A stretch of 64,000 nt of DNA. Origin: Antedon mediterranea. Its lineage: Eukaryota; Animalia; Echinodermata. Below are positions 20,291-33,600 of the stretch, piece after piece. The notes under the pieces are model-generated. The model saw nothing but the letters and a program-made list of their open reading frames with translations. It had not been told where the DNA came from and ran no database searches. The stretch spans positions 18,648,795 to 18,712,794 of the forward strand of contig NC_092670.1 in assembly GCF_964355755.1 (NCBI RefSeq), in the 5' to 3' direction. The position numbers and the translations under genes are program-made. The number at the start of each line of letters is the position of its first letter. Positions within the stretch are counted from its first letter, which is position 1.

Positions 20291-21542
20291 GTTGATAATT
20301 CACCAAAGACAATACATGGCATTTGGCCACATTAAACAGGTTCTGAATCAAAGGCTGTGTGTGGGATAAGTCCGGTTTTGTATTTTTTTTTTTACATACG
20401 TACGACGTCTGCCTCATTTTTAATTCATAGCTATGAATAAACATTATGGATGAATTAAAAGAATAAAATAGTACTGGATCAGATGTTCACTCCTCATTCC
20501 CAAGATGCATTATTTAAATCACTCGTCTATTGATACGATCGGTCATCTATTCAATGATCATGTGTTACCGACACGGTAACTATCATACAGATATAGCACT
20601 GTTATGAACGTATATTAAGTAGGCCCTAAAAGTGAAATGGAGGAGGAGGTGTATATAGCCCATTAAAAACAATTGGTTTCACCTCTGTAACGTCAAACTG
20701 ACATCCACACCCAAATCACCTTGAAAATTGAAACATTTCTCTAATAATATTCATACGGCAGGTAGTGTGGTTATATCAACTAGTTTAAATAAAATAGAAT
20801 TTTGAAATTTGTATATTTTAAATCACAAGTGCAATATAGTAACCATGAAAATAGTTTTTTTATGTCGTTAGAGAATGTACATTAATCATGTATAGATAGA
20901 ATAGAATTTGAATTACCAAATATCAATTTTATTAATATAAAAAACGAATAATTAATGCCTACTGGATTTTTATTATTATCATCTCAAAATAATGTCATAA
21001 GTAATAAAGTAATAAAGTCATGTTTAAATATAGGAAAGTGATTTCTTTTTTAATTGCATGGTATATTTTAGTTTGTTTATTTAATAGCATTATTACTAAT
21101 CTATATCCATCCAATATAAAAGGAAAAATAATGATTAGAAGATATTAGACTAGCCCCCTCTATATTTCTTAGAGTGACATTTGAGCTCGTCAAAATTCCA
21201 CCACCACCACCAAAAACCACACACAAATTGGAAACCAAAAACAGACGAAGCGACAAGGCTAGCGGAAAAAGATGTTGCCTGGTGGTGTGTAATCAGAAAT
21301 GTTGTCTGAACTTACAAAATGTTTTCCATGAATCGTTTTCCAGCTTTGGATTTACTAAAATGTGTCATTTTATCATTACTTTGTGATTAACTACTGTTGG
21401 ATACATGCTTAGGCCTAGATTGTAGAGGAAGGATCGTAGTTTTGGGGTATATTTTTTCTTGGGAGAGCAGAGTGAATGACGCTTGGAACGGTCCTGACTA
21501 CTTGCTGATAACCCACCCCGTTATTATTCTCAAAACATCAAA

Positions 21543-21689
21543 ATGGGGTTCGCTGACCGGGCAGAAAAGAACCTTATGAGTTCTAAATCATCTTGTAAAG
21601 ATTTCAAACCGAACATTTTCAATAAGACAAAGTGTCAAAATTGTTTCAGGACACGGGAGGCACATACTTTGGACAAAAGTGACAGTGAG
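21543..21689 (+). CDS. MPRIP: MPRIP/outspread coding exon 1
   Basis: ATG at 21543 (aaaATGg), second in-frame ATG at 21576; SSCKDFKPNIFNKTKCQNCFRTREAHTLDKSDSE; donor GTAAG. Confidence 0.9.
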
Positions 21690-24600
21690 GTAAGAAAGTT
21701 CGGCTCGGCCTAGCCTACAACATACAGTCCGTAGTTTAGTAGATTATTCATTATTTAGGCCATTTAGTTAAGTTATTTCATGGTGTGGTGTAGGTCATGT
21801 GTTTTAAATTGATATGGTAAATCATAAATTTAAAAAAAATAATACTAAAATAAAAATCATCTTCTTGAAATGCAGAATTTGGTACACGTTTATTGGGTTT
21901 ATTGTGGCATATTATTGGATTCTGTTCTTCATTTAAAAATATAATTATTATTATATTAATTAGACCCAACATCAAACCTAGATGTTCCTTATTTTGTGGT
22001 TGTGATATTTATATTGTTTTGATAAATATAGTATCACAATTTTTCACACTTTACTTTTTATCAGGTTTTAGCAGTTTCCTTACCAAATGTAAGTTTATGT
22101 TTAATGTATGCCATACAGTAGATTTCACAGTTTGTGTTATGAATGGTGAATGTTGTATTGCGATATTTACAATTAAACACTTTTTACTTCATCTTTACCA
22201 CTTTTTTTACTATAGCTTTTTCGTTTTTTTACTATTGTAAGTTATTTCTTAATTACCAAATCTTCTTTGCAACAGTGAAACATAATCCAGTCTGTGTTTT
22301 CTTACATAACTTGACATTGACCTTCAAGCAGAATTCATATGACCTATTGACCTTTTAATAGGACAACCTCAATCCTTGAAACTTATAGTTTATGTGACAT
22401 TAAACAAAAAGAATTTTGCAGTCTGAGAAGTAAATACAAAATGCTTATTCATTTTCTTAAATGTACACGGTATCCTCCGTCATGTTGCCTCACATCTACA
22501 GTATTAGTATGCAAAGAAGTTTGGTTGTTTGTTATTCAGATCTGCACTAAATGTATTATAAAAATCAACTATTTAAAACTTTTTAGTGAATGCAACTAGT
22601 GAAAACGTTACTTCAGTGTTTTCTTTCATTCAATATCACTATTTTTCTACCTGTACAGTATTGTGTATATTGTTTTAAAAAATAAAACTATTTGTGATGT
22701 CATAATAGAGCACTAATTATTTGTATTGGTAGTTAATGGAATATGAATCAACTGTATGTTGTATCTCAGTCATCAATACACACACCTACAGTATAGTATA
22801 CAGTATGTTCACTCTTGAAACAGCATGATTAAATGACTGAGTGCACAACAGTTATTGCAAGATATAAAGCTAATCAAAGTGATCTGAAATTAAGGGGGGC
22901 TTTTGATTTATGAGTACCTAGGATGTTCATATGTGAATTTATACATACAACAGTATGACTATGAATTTGTCCAAAAAAGGTTCCTACTGTAGAATTGTAA
23001 ACATTGGGTCCAAAAACCAAAAATAAATTGCTGTGAACCAAACTCAACATATTCAAATAGTATCAATATTACCTTTGACGTCTTACTGTAAGTCCAGATT
23101 CCTACTGTAGGTCATTGCAAATCCACTTCTCAGTTCCTCATCATTTGAACATTTTATTTGATGTACATCTGTACATGACTCACTTAAAATTATGATGTGT
23201 GCACATATTGTATTGTACAGTAAGTTAAGTGAATAAAGATAATTATCTAATTTTCAACAATATGAAGTACTGTAGCAACATCAACAATCAAGTACTACAT
23301 GTTATATATACAGTAATTACTATCAGATGGCAGAGATTGCAGTGTGCATTTTCTAATCGAAGTTCTTGTCCACACAAAATGTTAAATGTTATTGTTAGCT
23401 ATTTATAGTATCATAGTTAATAAAAGTTGTTGTTTAGCTGTCAATCACTGTTAAGCGTGGTTCCCACTAGCGACGCAACACAAGGACGTAACGCAACGCA
23501 AGTGAATTGACCAATCACAAGCGATGGCTTATTCGCTTGTGATTGCTAACTGTCTATAACTTCGCTTGTCATTGGTTAAAACGCTTGCGTTGCGTTTACG
23601 TCCTTGCGTTACGTTCTAGTGGGAACCAAGCTTTAGTGTACAGTATATTAAGTTTTTCTCGGTGTATGAAATTTATTTTCGTACCATCCAGTATATACTG
23701 TAGAATGTAGAGCCAAAGATTAGCTGTCAATTATTCTTCAAACTTTATTAGGTTACTTAATATTATAACACAATAATAAAGCTTACACTATGTAACTTAC
23801 AGTATTGAAACAAAAGAACTGGTACAGGTAATCTATAATTAAAGATGTGTGTTTTATCTGCAATTCTTGCTATCACATCATGTATCTTATTTTAGAAATG
23901 AATCCTTAATGACAAGAGACTGACAAGTGGAACGTGTTTGATAATCGCTGACAAAACCCAATAACTATGACAGATATAATTAAACTAAATTATATTAAAA
24001 CTACAGTACTGACATACAATCAATAATTTTATGAGATACAATATGAAAATTATTGTACAGTAGGTTATATTTTTGTTTAAAGATGAAAGTGGTGGAGGGT
24101 GGGGGATGTTGGTTGTTAGCAGCTACAGGTACTTAACAGTATGTACAGTCTGTACAGTGTAGGAAATCAATAATAAGCAATGAGTCCATTAATTTTAGTA
24201 TGCTGTTTTTAATTTAACACACACTCAATCATGACTATTGACAAGATTTTTAATTTGAAAAAAATGTGAAATTGCAGGTATTATATAGCACAACATTTTG
24301 GTAATGGCTTTTATAGTTATTATTATTATTATGTATAATAATATGGACATTTTTACCTTGTACAGTACAGTATAAAACCAAACCCATGCTAATAAAATTC
24401 ACTTCTCAATATTGAACAACTGAAATGACCATATTGTTAATAATTGCAATGAATAGCTTTACAACAGTTCCACAAGTCGACCTGAACACTGCCTAAAACT
24501 GACTTCAACCAGCCATTAAATAGTGCTCTACTAATTTCAGATACTTATCAAATGGGTCAAGAGTCAGATAGCATTTGATAAAGTTTTTTATGAAAGAATC

Positions 24601-27600
24601 AAATTTATTCACTTTGGGTGTCCTACTTTTGTATAGTACTGTAAGTAACCCATTGTACAAAATAAGTATCTTCTTGAAAGAAAGTTTGCTTTTAAAGGTT
24701 TGTGTTTAAAGACAATGTGATGCTTTGTTACTATTTTGTTGATTTTATTTATTAAACTACTGTACTGTATTTAAACTATTATATATTCACAGTAGGTATT
24801 ATTATAGGTAGGAGTAATATTTTAAAGAGAAAAAAATATATTATCAAAATGACTGACAGTAAAAAAAACACTACAGTATGCATTAATAAAGGTATTGTAG
24901 ATTTGAAATTATTCAAATGATAGAAATCTAGTTTAAGTATTTATAAGCATTGACAGAGGGTCAGACAGTGTGCTAATAAAGCTGCTGTGCAGTAGTACAC
25001 ATGTACCTGTGCACTGTACCAAAGGATTTTTAAGCTCTGTCTACACTATCAAACTAGTTTGACAAAAACAGTGTGAATATGCTCAAATATGGTAGTGATG
25101 CTTATTGTAGTGATATGACATCATCATATCCATATGGGCACATTGCATTTTGTTGTCACATAAAGTTTGATGGTGTAGACGGATCGCTTTAGGAACTTTT
25201 CTGTAGATTGAGTATTTTTGTACTCAGACCTGGTACACCAACATATCCATCGGTATGTTCGTAAATTTAACGAGTAATGCTATGACAGTATGTACTGACT
25301 GACCATAAAAGGTAATTCTATCAGCTGTGTTTGCAAGATCATTCTTTTCCACTGCTTTGAGATTTCACACACTATAAATAATACATTGTTGATGGAGATA
25401 TTTTTGTTTTATTTTAGTTTTTTTTTTAAATTTCAACCATCTTAAATGAGGGTAACCCTTACAATTTGGTCCAGTAGGTTAACTGATATTCAGGGGTCCT
25501 CTTTAATAAAATTAATATACATACAACAAATAATTTTACTGTAAACAAAGACAATCAGTCCTGATAAATCTTTATCTCATAAACAAACAATAACAAGCGA
25601 GGAGTAAAACATATTTTAAACGATGAAAGGGACCTCCAAGAAACCCCAAGGGGCTCTTGATAGGAGGCCCACTCTGTCTACACTATCAAACTAATTTTCC
25701 AGACAAAAGTGTGATGTGCCCAAATACAGTATTGTAGTGATATGCTTAAATATGGTAGTGATATGACATCATCATGTCAATATATTGGCACCTCATATTT
25801 TGTTGTTGCATAAAGTTTTATTTTATAGTGTAGACAGAGTTTTATTACAACATTTATATTATATTATAGCGTGAATGACAGATACTGTGTGAACACAGAG
25901 TTTCTGAAAAGATTTTGCATAAAATTTGACACTATGGTGGTGGTGGTATCATGCCATTACTATTAGTATTAACTTCCTAAGGTTTTAAAAAATATAATGT
26001 TGTCAGTTTGAGATGATTGACCTACAACACTCTGGGTCAAGCATAAGACAAATAAAGACCATATTAGATGGTATTTGCTGATCTTATCTGCCTCTTGTGT
26101 TGTACAGTATGACATTAGTCATTCTGTACTCTCTTTATAAGTAATTAGTTGGTTTCAGTTTAGAATGGATTCTACAGGTACTTTACAAATTCAAGAGTTC
26201 TGTTCTGAGCATCCCAAAAATTCCAAATTGTTTGCTAAGTTTCAGTAGTATACTATAGTACTACATTATTTAAATACAGAAAAGCAAGGAAACAGAGATA
26301 TTTTAGACCTGTAGAGTTTTCTGTCTAAGTATACTACACTGTATGTACTGTACAGGTACATCAACGAAAGTAATTAATTTATAATTGTAAATTTTTAGGA
26401 AAATACAGTAGATAGAATTATTAAAACAAAATCTTCAATTCTTAGAAAAGATGTCACAGTTGTTTATGTTTTGTTTGGAATTATCAATTACTTATAGTCG
26501 TTTATTATGAAATGTTTCTTGGAAATTGCTTGTGATTTGTGACAAAATAATTCTGTGGTAGGATTGGCCCATTAAAATCAAATTTGTCTGGCAGCAGTTA
26601 ATATAAAAACAAGTCAATATTGTTTTAACGACTTGGCAACTGCAAGCATTTCTATCAACAATGTGTGGGTTTTGGGTATAGACTTTATACCTGGCATCAT
26701 TGATTTTGGCTATTAAACTCCACTGTGGGTTTTAGCTTACATGCTACAGTACAAGACACCTACAAGGTGAATGACCTTAACTATAGAAAGCAACGCCCAT
26801 TCAATAATCCAAAGCTTTGATTGTCTTTGACCGGATAAATGTACCCTTATGGGACCCTTATTGTTGGGTTGTGTTATGACGGAATATCACTGGGGATTGC
26901 AGACTATTGTATACTATCTATGGAAACAGGTTTAATCTGCTGAGATATCTGGCCTGCCTTTAATCCTAACACCATGTTCAACATGTAGTCTGATATTTAT
27001 ATAAATAATAACTGTATATAGTAACAGATGCTAGCATTTTTATAATGTAAATTTGATTAATGAATAGGATTAAAACTGGTTAGAAAATGGTGTTTATTGA
27101 CTCTGTACTGTAAACTGGAGTAAAATATGTAAATGTAATTTGGATAACAAATGTTATTGCCATTGTTTACGTCTGATGGTTGGACATAATTGAAGAAATA
27201 TGAAATCCTATCATGATGGCATGTAAATTTATTAATTATACTGTTGTAAAATTTGTTGATTAATGGGCTTTCAATATTCAAGATAGGGAAGAATGACGCA
27301 CAGTAACCTTCACTCCTTGTCTGATTCAGGATCCATTTTTTACTGATGGAGGAAGCTGGCATGAGGAATGGACAAGAGGAATGCGGAGAGGGAGAATCAT
27401 GGTTAACACTAACAGTATATTTTAAGACTGGTTTCTAAAAATAGTTAATTAGGATAGGGAACTAATAAATCATTTAGGTACCTACCTACTATTGGTTAGC
27501 AATCCATAGTGACCTGAAAACCATGAGAATTGAGATCATACTAAGTTACATTGTTTTTGTCGGCAGCAATTGATGTATTCAACTGAGCATAATATAAAAT

Positions 27601-30600
27601 GTCAAATGTCATCTAGCAGATTATACATTTAAGTTTTATGGTTTATATTTTTACAGCCAAGTTTCAAATGTACAGCAGTGTTCAATTTGGATTTCGTATA
27701 GGTCAGCTGGCCCATGGCCAGTAAGAAAATCCATAACACGCTTTTATTAAAAATCTTCCAGTTGGCCAGTAAAATTGAATTCTTGAAAATGAAAGCAGGT
27801 AAAGAAACTGATCAGGATGTAACAGTACGGTACTTGAATGTAAAACTCATGGACTATAGTACAGTATGAAATTTACAGTAGGTTATTAGGTAAGAGCTAA
27901 AATACTGTACATTTACTGATTATTATAGTACTGTACTTTACACGCTGTACTGCAGGTGGACTCGCCGTACACATTTTACAGTTATATAACCTTTTTTAAA
28001 TTATAATTATAATTCCATTGCCCGAATAAGTTAGAGTATACTGTAGGCTCTCAGTTTTAAGAATGCTCCCATGAAATGTAGGTCTTGTTTAATGGTCACA
28101 GATTCACAGATTTTTATTTACTGGATGCAAATATACCGATTTTACTGTATGTATTTTCAAATACTGTATAGATTAGTATGCATTACAAAAGTGGTATTAT
28201 TTTATTTAAATAAATCATGTGCATTGTTATTATAATATAGCTATGGATTTGACACATTGTTTGCAATGAAAATATACATTAATGCAGCTATCTGGAGGTT
28301 TTAACATGTTAGTAATAAAATGTGATAATCATTATTCCATTCTCTATTGTTAATACAGTACAGTAGAAAGTATAGTAATTTCTAACTGTAAACTGACTAT
28401 TAATAAATTAAGCTCTGTCTACACTATCAAACTTTGTGACAATAAAATGTGATGTGCCCATTTATGGACAAGATGATGTCATATCGCTACCATATTTGGG
28501 CATATCACTACCATATTTTGGCACATCACACTTTCTTTGACAAACTAGTTTTATAGTGTAGACAGAGCTTAACAAGCAAAATTACGAGACATTCGCAACC
28601 ATACAGTACTTCATTTTCATTTGCCAACACATGCTAACAAACTAATACAGTATACAGTACAGTAGTGTTTACTATACAGTACTTTGCCTGCAACAAACTT
28701 TTAAACAATAGGGTATGCTGTAATTTAAATAGGCCTACTGTAAACTGACTATATAGGGAAGAACATTTATTTGACCTGTACTGTAAATAGGGCAGAACAT
28801 TTGTCCAACTGTATTAAACAAAATGGTAAATAGAGCAGAACTTAACTGATGAATTTGAATAGCAAAAAAAGAGATATCATCCAAATTCAATACAATTTAT
28901 ATTAGTTTAATTGAATTGATAAATAGACAGTGACTGAATACTGATACTATAGACAATGTATAAAGGGTTATTGCACTGTAAGAGGGATTGTATTTGTTGA
29001 GTAATAATACAGCCATTTGTTGTTACACATTATGCCCATGGCCATATTGTCCACTGTGTTGTTGACTGTATTTATATTAAGATTTTATTTCATTATTGAA
29101 GCAATGAATGCAACTTATTCAGCATACTGTGTTGCTGTAATACTATTTAGCCAATTTTGTAGATCTATAAATTAAGTTATAAGTGGTTGGTATCATAGAG
29201 ATATTATAGTGAACTATAGTATAGTCACTTCTCTATGTTGGTATACAGTACTGTGTTGGGATAGGTACAGTATACAATTGGGAAGAACTACTGTACGTAA
29301 CAGTGTATCCCACTTGACAGGAGATTCTACTATACTGTATATTATAAATGAAAGGTATTACAAATGAATTCAAATAATGTAAAAAATAGTGTTAAAAAAG
29401 TAGATATTAAATATAGGAATTGTTGTTAACAAAAATTCTGATCATCAAGCAAGCAAGTGTGATTGTCGATTTTGACATTTAAAATGAATATGCATAATAA
29501 TAACAATTTGTTTAGATTTATTCATGTAGACTTGTACTGTAATTGTACTTTCCCCATGACAGCATACCAGCATATTAGCTTTAGTTATTGATAGATACCT
29601 TTGAATTATCCTGATGATTATACAGTATTTTGAATTAGGTAAATACCTATTTCATGTTGTGAGGCCCAGTGGTACGAGTCCTGTTCATATGTACCTAAAA
29701 ATGTGTTATACACAGAAATACCCATTACTGCAGTTTCGTTTCGATGTTTTATAAAATCTTCTAGGAATGTTTTTGTACAGAACATTGTGTATTGACACGA
29801 CAATATTTATACATTGTTTCTCAACTACTACTGTACCTGTACGGAAAGAGCAAAAAGACAAACACTTTTAAAAAAGACTGAATATTCTCGCAAAACAATA
29901 GATAGATAGAAATCTTTCTTTATTCTGAATATTCATTCAATATTTGTACATTGTTCTTCCTTGAAGTCCAGTTAACACAAATTACAAATATAAACAATAA
30001 AAATGGAAAATTATGAAAACGTTTTTAAAGACTACAATATCACAAGAAGCAAGAGAAAAATACAGTTAGATCAAATTTTTAAACGATTGAAAAGTTAATG
30101 AATTTATAGACCTGCGAATGTCTGGTGAAAGATTTAATATTGTTCACACTTCAGTCTTTGTAAGTTACTGTATGTACTGTACTAATGTACAGTACCCCGC
30201 CGTGTCAAGAAGCCAGTGGTCGCTAAACAGACATGGCCAATACTCCAATTATGAAACTATTTTTTTTTTAAACAAAAAAATAGTATTGAATACTGTACAT
30301 AACAATTTTAATACGTAAATATAGTTAATATTCTGAAATTCTTGAAAACTCTAGTGCATACTTGGTGTTCATACTATAAATACATTTAATGTTTTCAAAT
30401 GAAATTAAACAACTTGGTATTATATCATTGAAGTAACAGGTGTTGGCATGAATATTGCTATGAAGTTAACCCAGTAATGTTCAGGACACATGTAGTTCAA
30501 TCTCAGTGTATGTACTGTAATACAATTGAATACCAACAACATAATTATACAGTATGTTGTGTTTATGAAATTGTTAAGCACCAGTGGCTGTATTCACCAT

Positions 30601-33600
30601 TCACGCTTAGGCTAAGTGAAACACTTACTGCACCTTTAAAATTTAAAAAATCTATCTAAAGTGAATACAATTTAATAATAAATATTTATTGAGTTAAAGT
30701 GAAATACTTAATAGAATGGAATGGAATAGTCCAAAGAGAATGTTTATGTTCACCGTCAAATTTCAAGTATAAAACAAAGTATTCTATGTTTTAAAGTTTC
30801 TTGACTTTTGGTTGCTGTTGGCAACTCATGAAACATCATCCTACTAACTAAATGTTAGTGTTGACAGTGTTAAATGATATCTCCATGGTAATAAACCTAT
30901 CATGACACTGTTCACATGTCGTCGTCATGGTAATGATGCTGTCACCAAGGATTTCCAAATATGGTGGTCGATAGAGTAGATCTCATTAATTGCACACTAT
31001 CTGTTGTTGTCAAAAGAATTTATATCAACTCTTATTTTGTTATAATTTGATTTAAAATGATTCAATTATTTTTGCATTGCTTTTTAGAAACCAAAGATTG
31101 TCTTGCTGTGTGGATATCTGTATATAGCGCCAGGAATCGATTTCTCAAATCCATCTCACAAGGGGAGGGTATGTATATTTTTACTTTTGAAACTGTTTTC
31201 ATTTTTCATGGAATTTTTATTCCAATAAATAATAGGGATTCATACTGTACAACAAACAGTGGGGAGATGATTTAGTTGGAATAAAAACCTCAAAAAATGG
31301 GAGGTGGTGAGTTTCGGACAGTATCTATTTATCATTGGGTCGAGATGTCCAAAGATATGAAGTGGATATTGAAGCGGTGATTCCTCTTCCTTTTTGAAAA
31401 AAAATATAATAATTTATGACTACAGATGGTCATACAACATGTTTATATAGTAAATCTGCTTATGTTTAATTATTTTTTGTAGTTATTTTATTGCTGAAAA
31501 CACATTAAAATTCAATATTTCTTCTAACCCAGAAGAAACTAGTATACATGTATGAACAATTGCGGGCCCAGAGACAGAACAAAAAATATGGTCCATCTCT
31601 TGGTTAAAACGTGTTATCACTAATCAAATTTCAATCAAATACAGTAAAAATTGAATTTTAAGCTCAAGTTGCGTTATATTTCATTTCTTTTATTATAATT
31701 CTTTTCAAATCAAGATTTTAAAGGGGATAGGACTTGTCATGTTCAGTGAATTTGAATGGATTCATTGAAAAAAAAGTTATTGCAAAATTGCTCACTTGAG
31801 TGATCGGCTTAAAGAAGTGCGCCATGACGCAACTGATGACGACGTCAAATATAATTATGTGAATGTTTGATAAGTTGTAGTTATTACACTTAATATCAAT
31901 GTATGTCCTTTACTTTCCCTTTTACTGTGTACAGTAGTTATGTTATGTACTGTACATACAACTGTAGGTGTAAACTGTACTAAACTGTGCAGTACAACAT
32001 TGCAGTAAGTGTACTGTACATATACAACCATAGATGGTGTGGTCCAGTATTTACAGTAATATATACAGTACTGTACTACTATAATACTGTACAACATTGC
32101 AGTAAGTGTACTGTACATATACAGCCATAGATGGTGTGGTCCAGTATTTACAGTAATATATACAGTACTGTACTACTATAATACTGTACAACATTGCATT
32201 AAGTGTACTGTACATATACAGCCATACAGTAGATGGTGTGGTCCAGTATTTACAGTAATATATACAGTACTGTACTACTATAATACTGTACAACATGGCA
32301 GTAAGTGTACTGTACATATACAGCCGTAGATGGTGTGGTCCAGTATTTACAGTAATATATACAGTACTATCTGTACTACTATAATAATACTGTACAACAT
32401 TGCAGTAAGTGTACTGTACATATACAGCCATAGATGGTGTGGTCCAGTATTTACAGTAAAATATACTGTACAGTACAGTACTACTATAATACTGTACAAC
32501 ATTGCAGTGAGTGTACAGTAGCCTTTGCAGTAGGCATACAGTAGACTATTAACATAATACTGTGCGTAACCTGTCTAGCCATAGTAAAATATAATGACCT
32601 GTATCCAGCAAATATTCACCTGGACTACTGCTGACCAGCTAGGCCTGACCTGAACAAACTGGTAATTTAGTTTAGTCCATCAGCAGCAGCTGTAGTGTAC
32701 AACAACCCACTGAAGATCATTGACTTTGCAGTGTACCTCCCCAAGGCCACCTGACCTTAGTCACTTAACCTTTAAATATTTCAGTTTGCTTACTTTACAT
32801 TCCAAACAGCATTTCCTGCTGTAGTTTACCCCTGTAAGCAATAACCTATTGTTTTAAACACTACAGGTAATAATACAGGTATCTGTTATCTTAATTACAA
32901 TAATTGCCTTAATTAATTAAGTTTAGGAAAAACATACAGTATTGTACAGTACTTTACTTAAAATAAATTAAAAATTGCTTGGCCACAGTCTGTTGTGAAT
33001 GTGATCGTAGTACTGTATACTGTACAGTAGGTTCATAAAAAATGTAAATGAATTAAAAAAGCTCTGTCTACACTATCAAACTAGTTTGACAAAAAAAGTG
33101 TGACGTGCCCAAATATGGTAGTGATATGCTTAAATATGGTAGTGATATCATCAAGTCCATATGGGCACATCATATCACCTCCTCACATAAAGATGTGTTA
33201 GACAGAGTGTTAGACAGAGCTTAAGACTTTTAATATATATTCTATCTTTTTGTTGAAAAATACAAAGACTATATAAAAGTTTCTGTAATGTAATATTTAA
33301 TAAATAAATGTATTGGTGTGCTGTATTTGGAGTTAATTTCATTGTGGAGGATATTCAACTTCAAAATTTTGATTAAACAATATGTTCAATCATGACAGCA
33401 TGTGTACCAAATTTGTTAACTAGCAAATATATCTCTCCATTTTATTTCAATAGTCAACTCTGACATTTAAAAAACATGAAATGTAAACATGAATAAGTTA
33501 TGTTTGCCCTTTTATGGAATGACCATAAATGGAAATCACAGATTTAGCTGCTCGTTCAATATCAACAACCAATTTATAAAACTTCTTAAATTTGTAACTT

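Noticed and set aside
13235-21543. Functional cluster linking TECPR1, the sulfur transporter and MPRIP
   Set aside because: Adjacency in an animal genome does not imply a shared pathway; there is no operon-like or shared-promoter evidence
27057-27400. 101-aa minus-strand ORF containing TRSEGYCASFFP
   Set aside because: At most a decayed LINE ORF2 C-terminus; too weak to call
31855-32521. Tyr/Cys-rich ORFs
   Set aside because: Products of the 97-bp satellite
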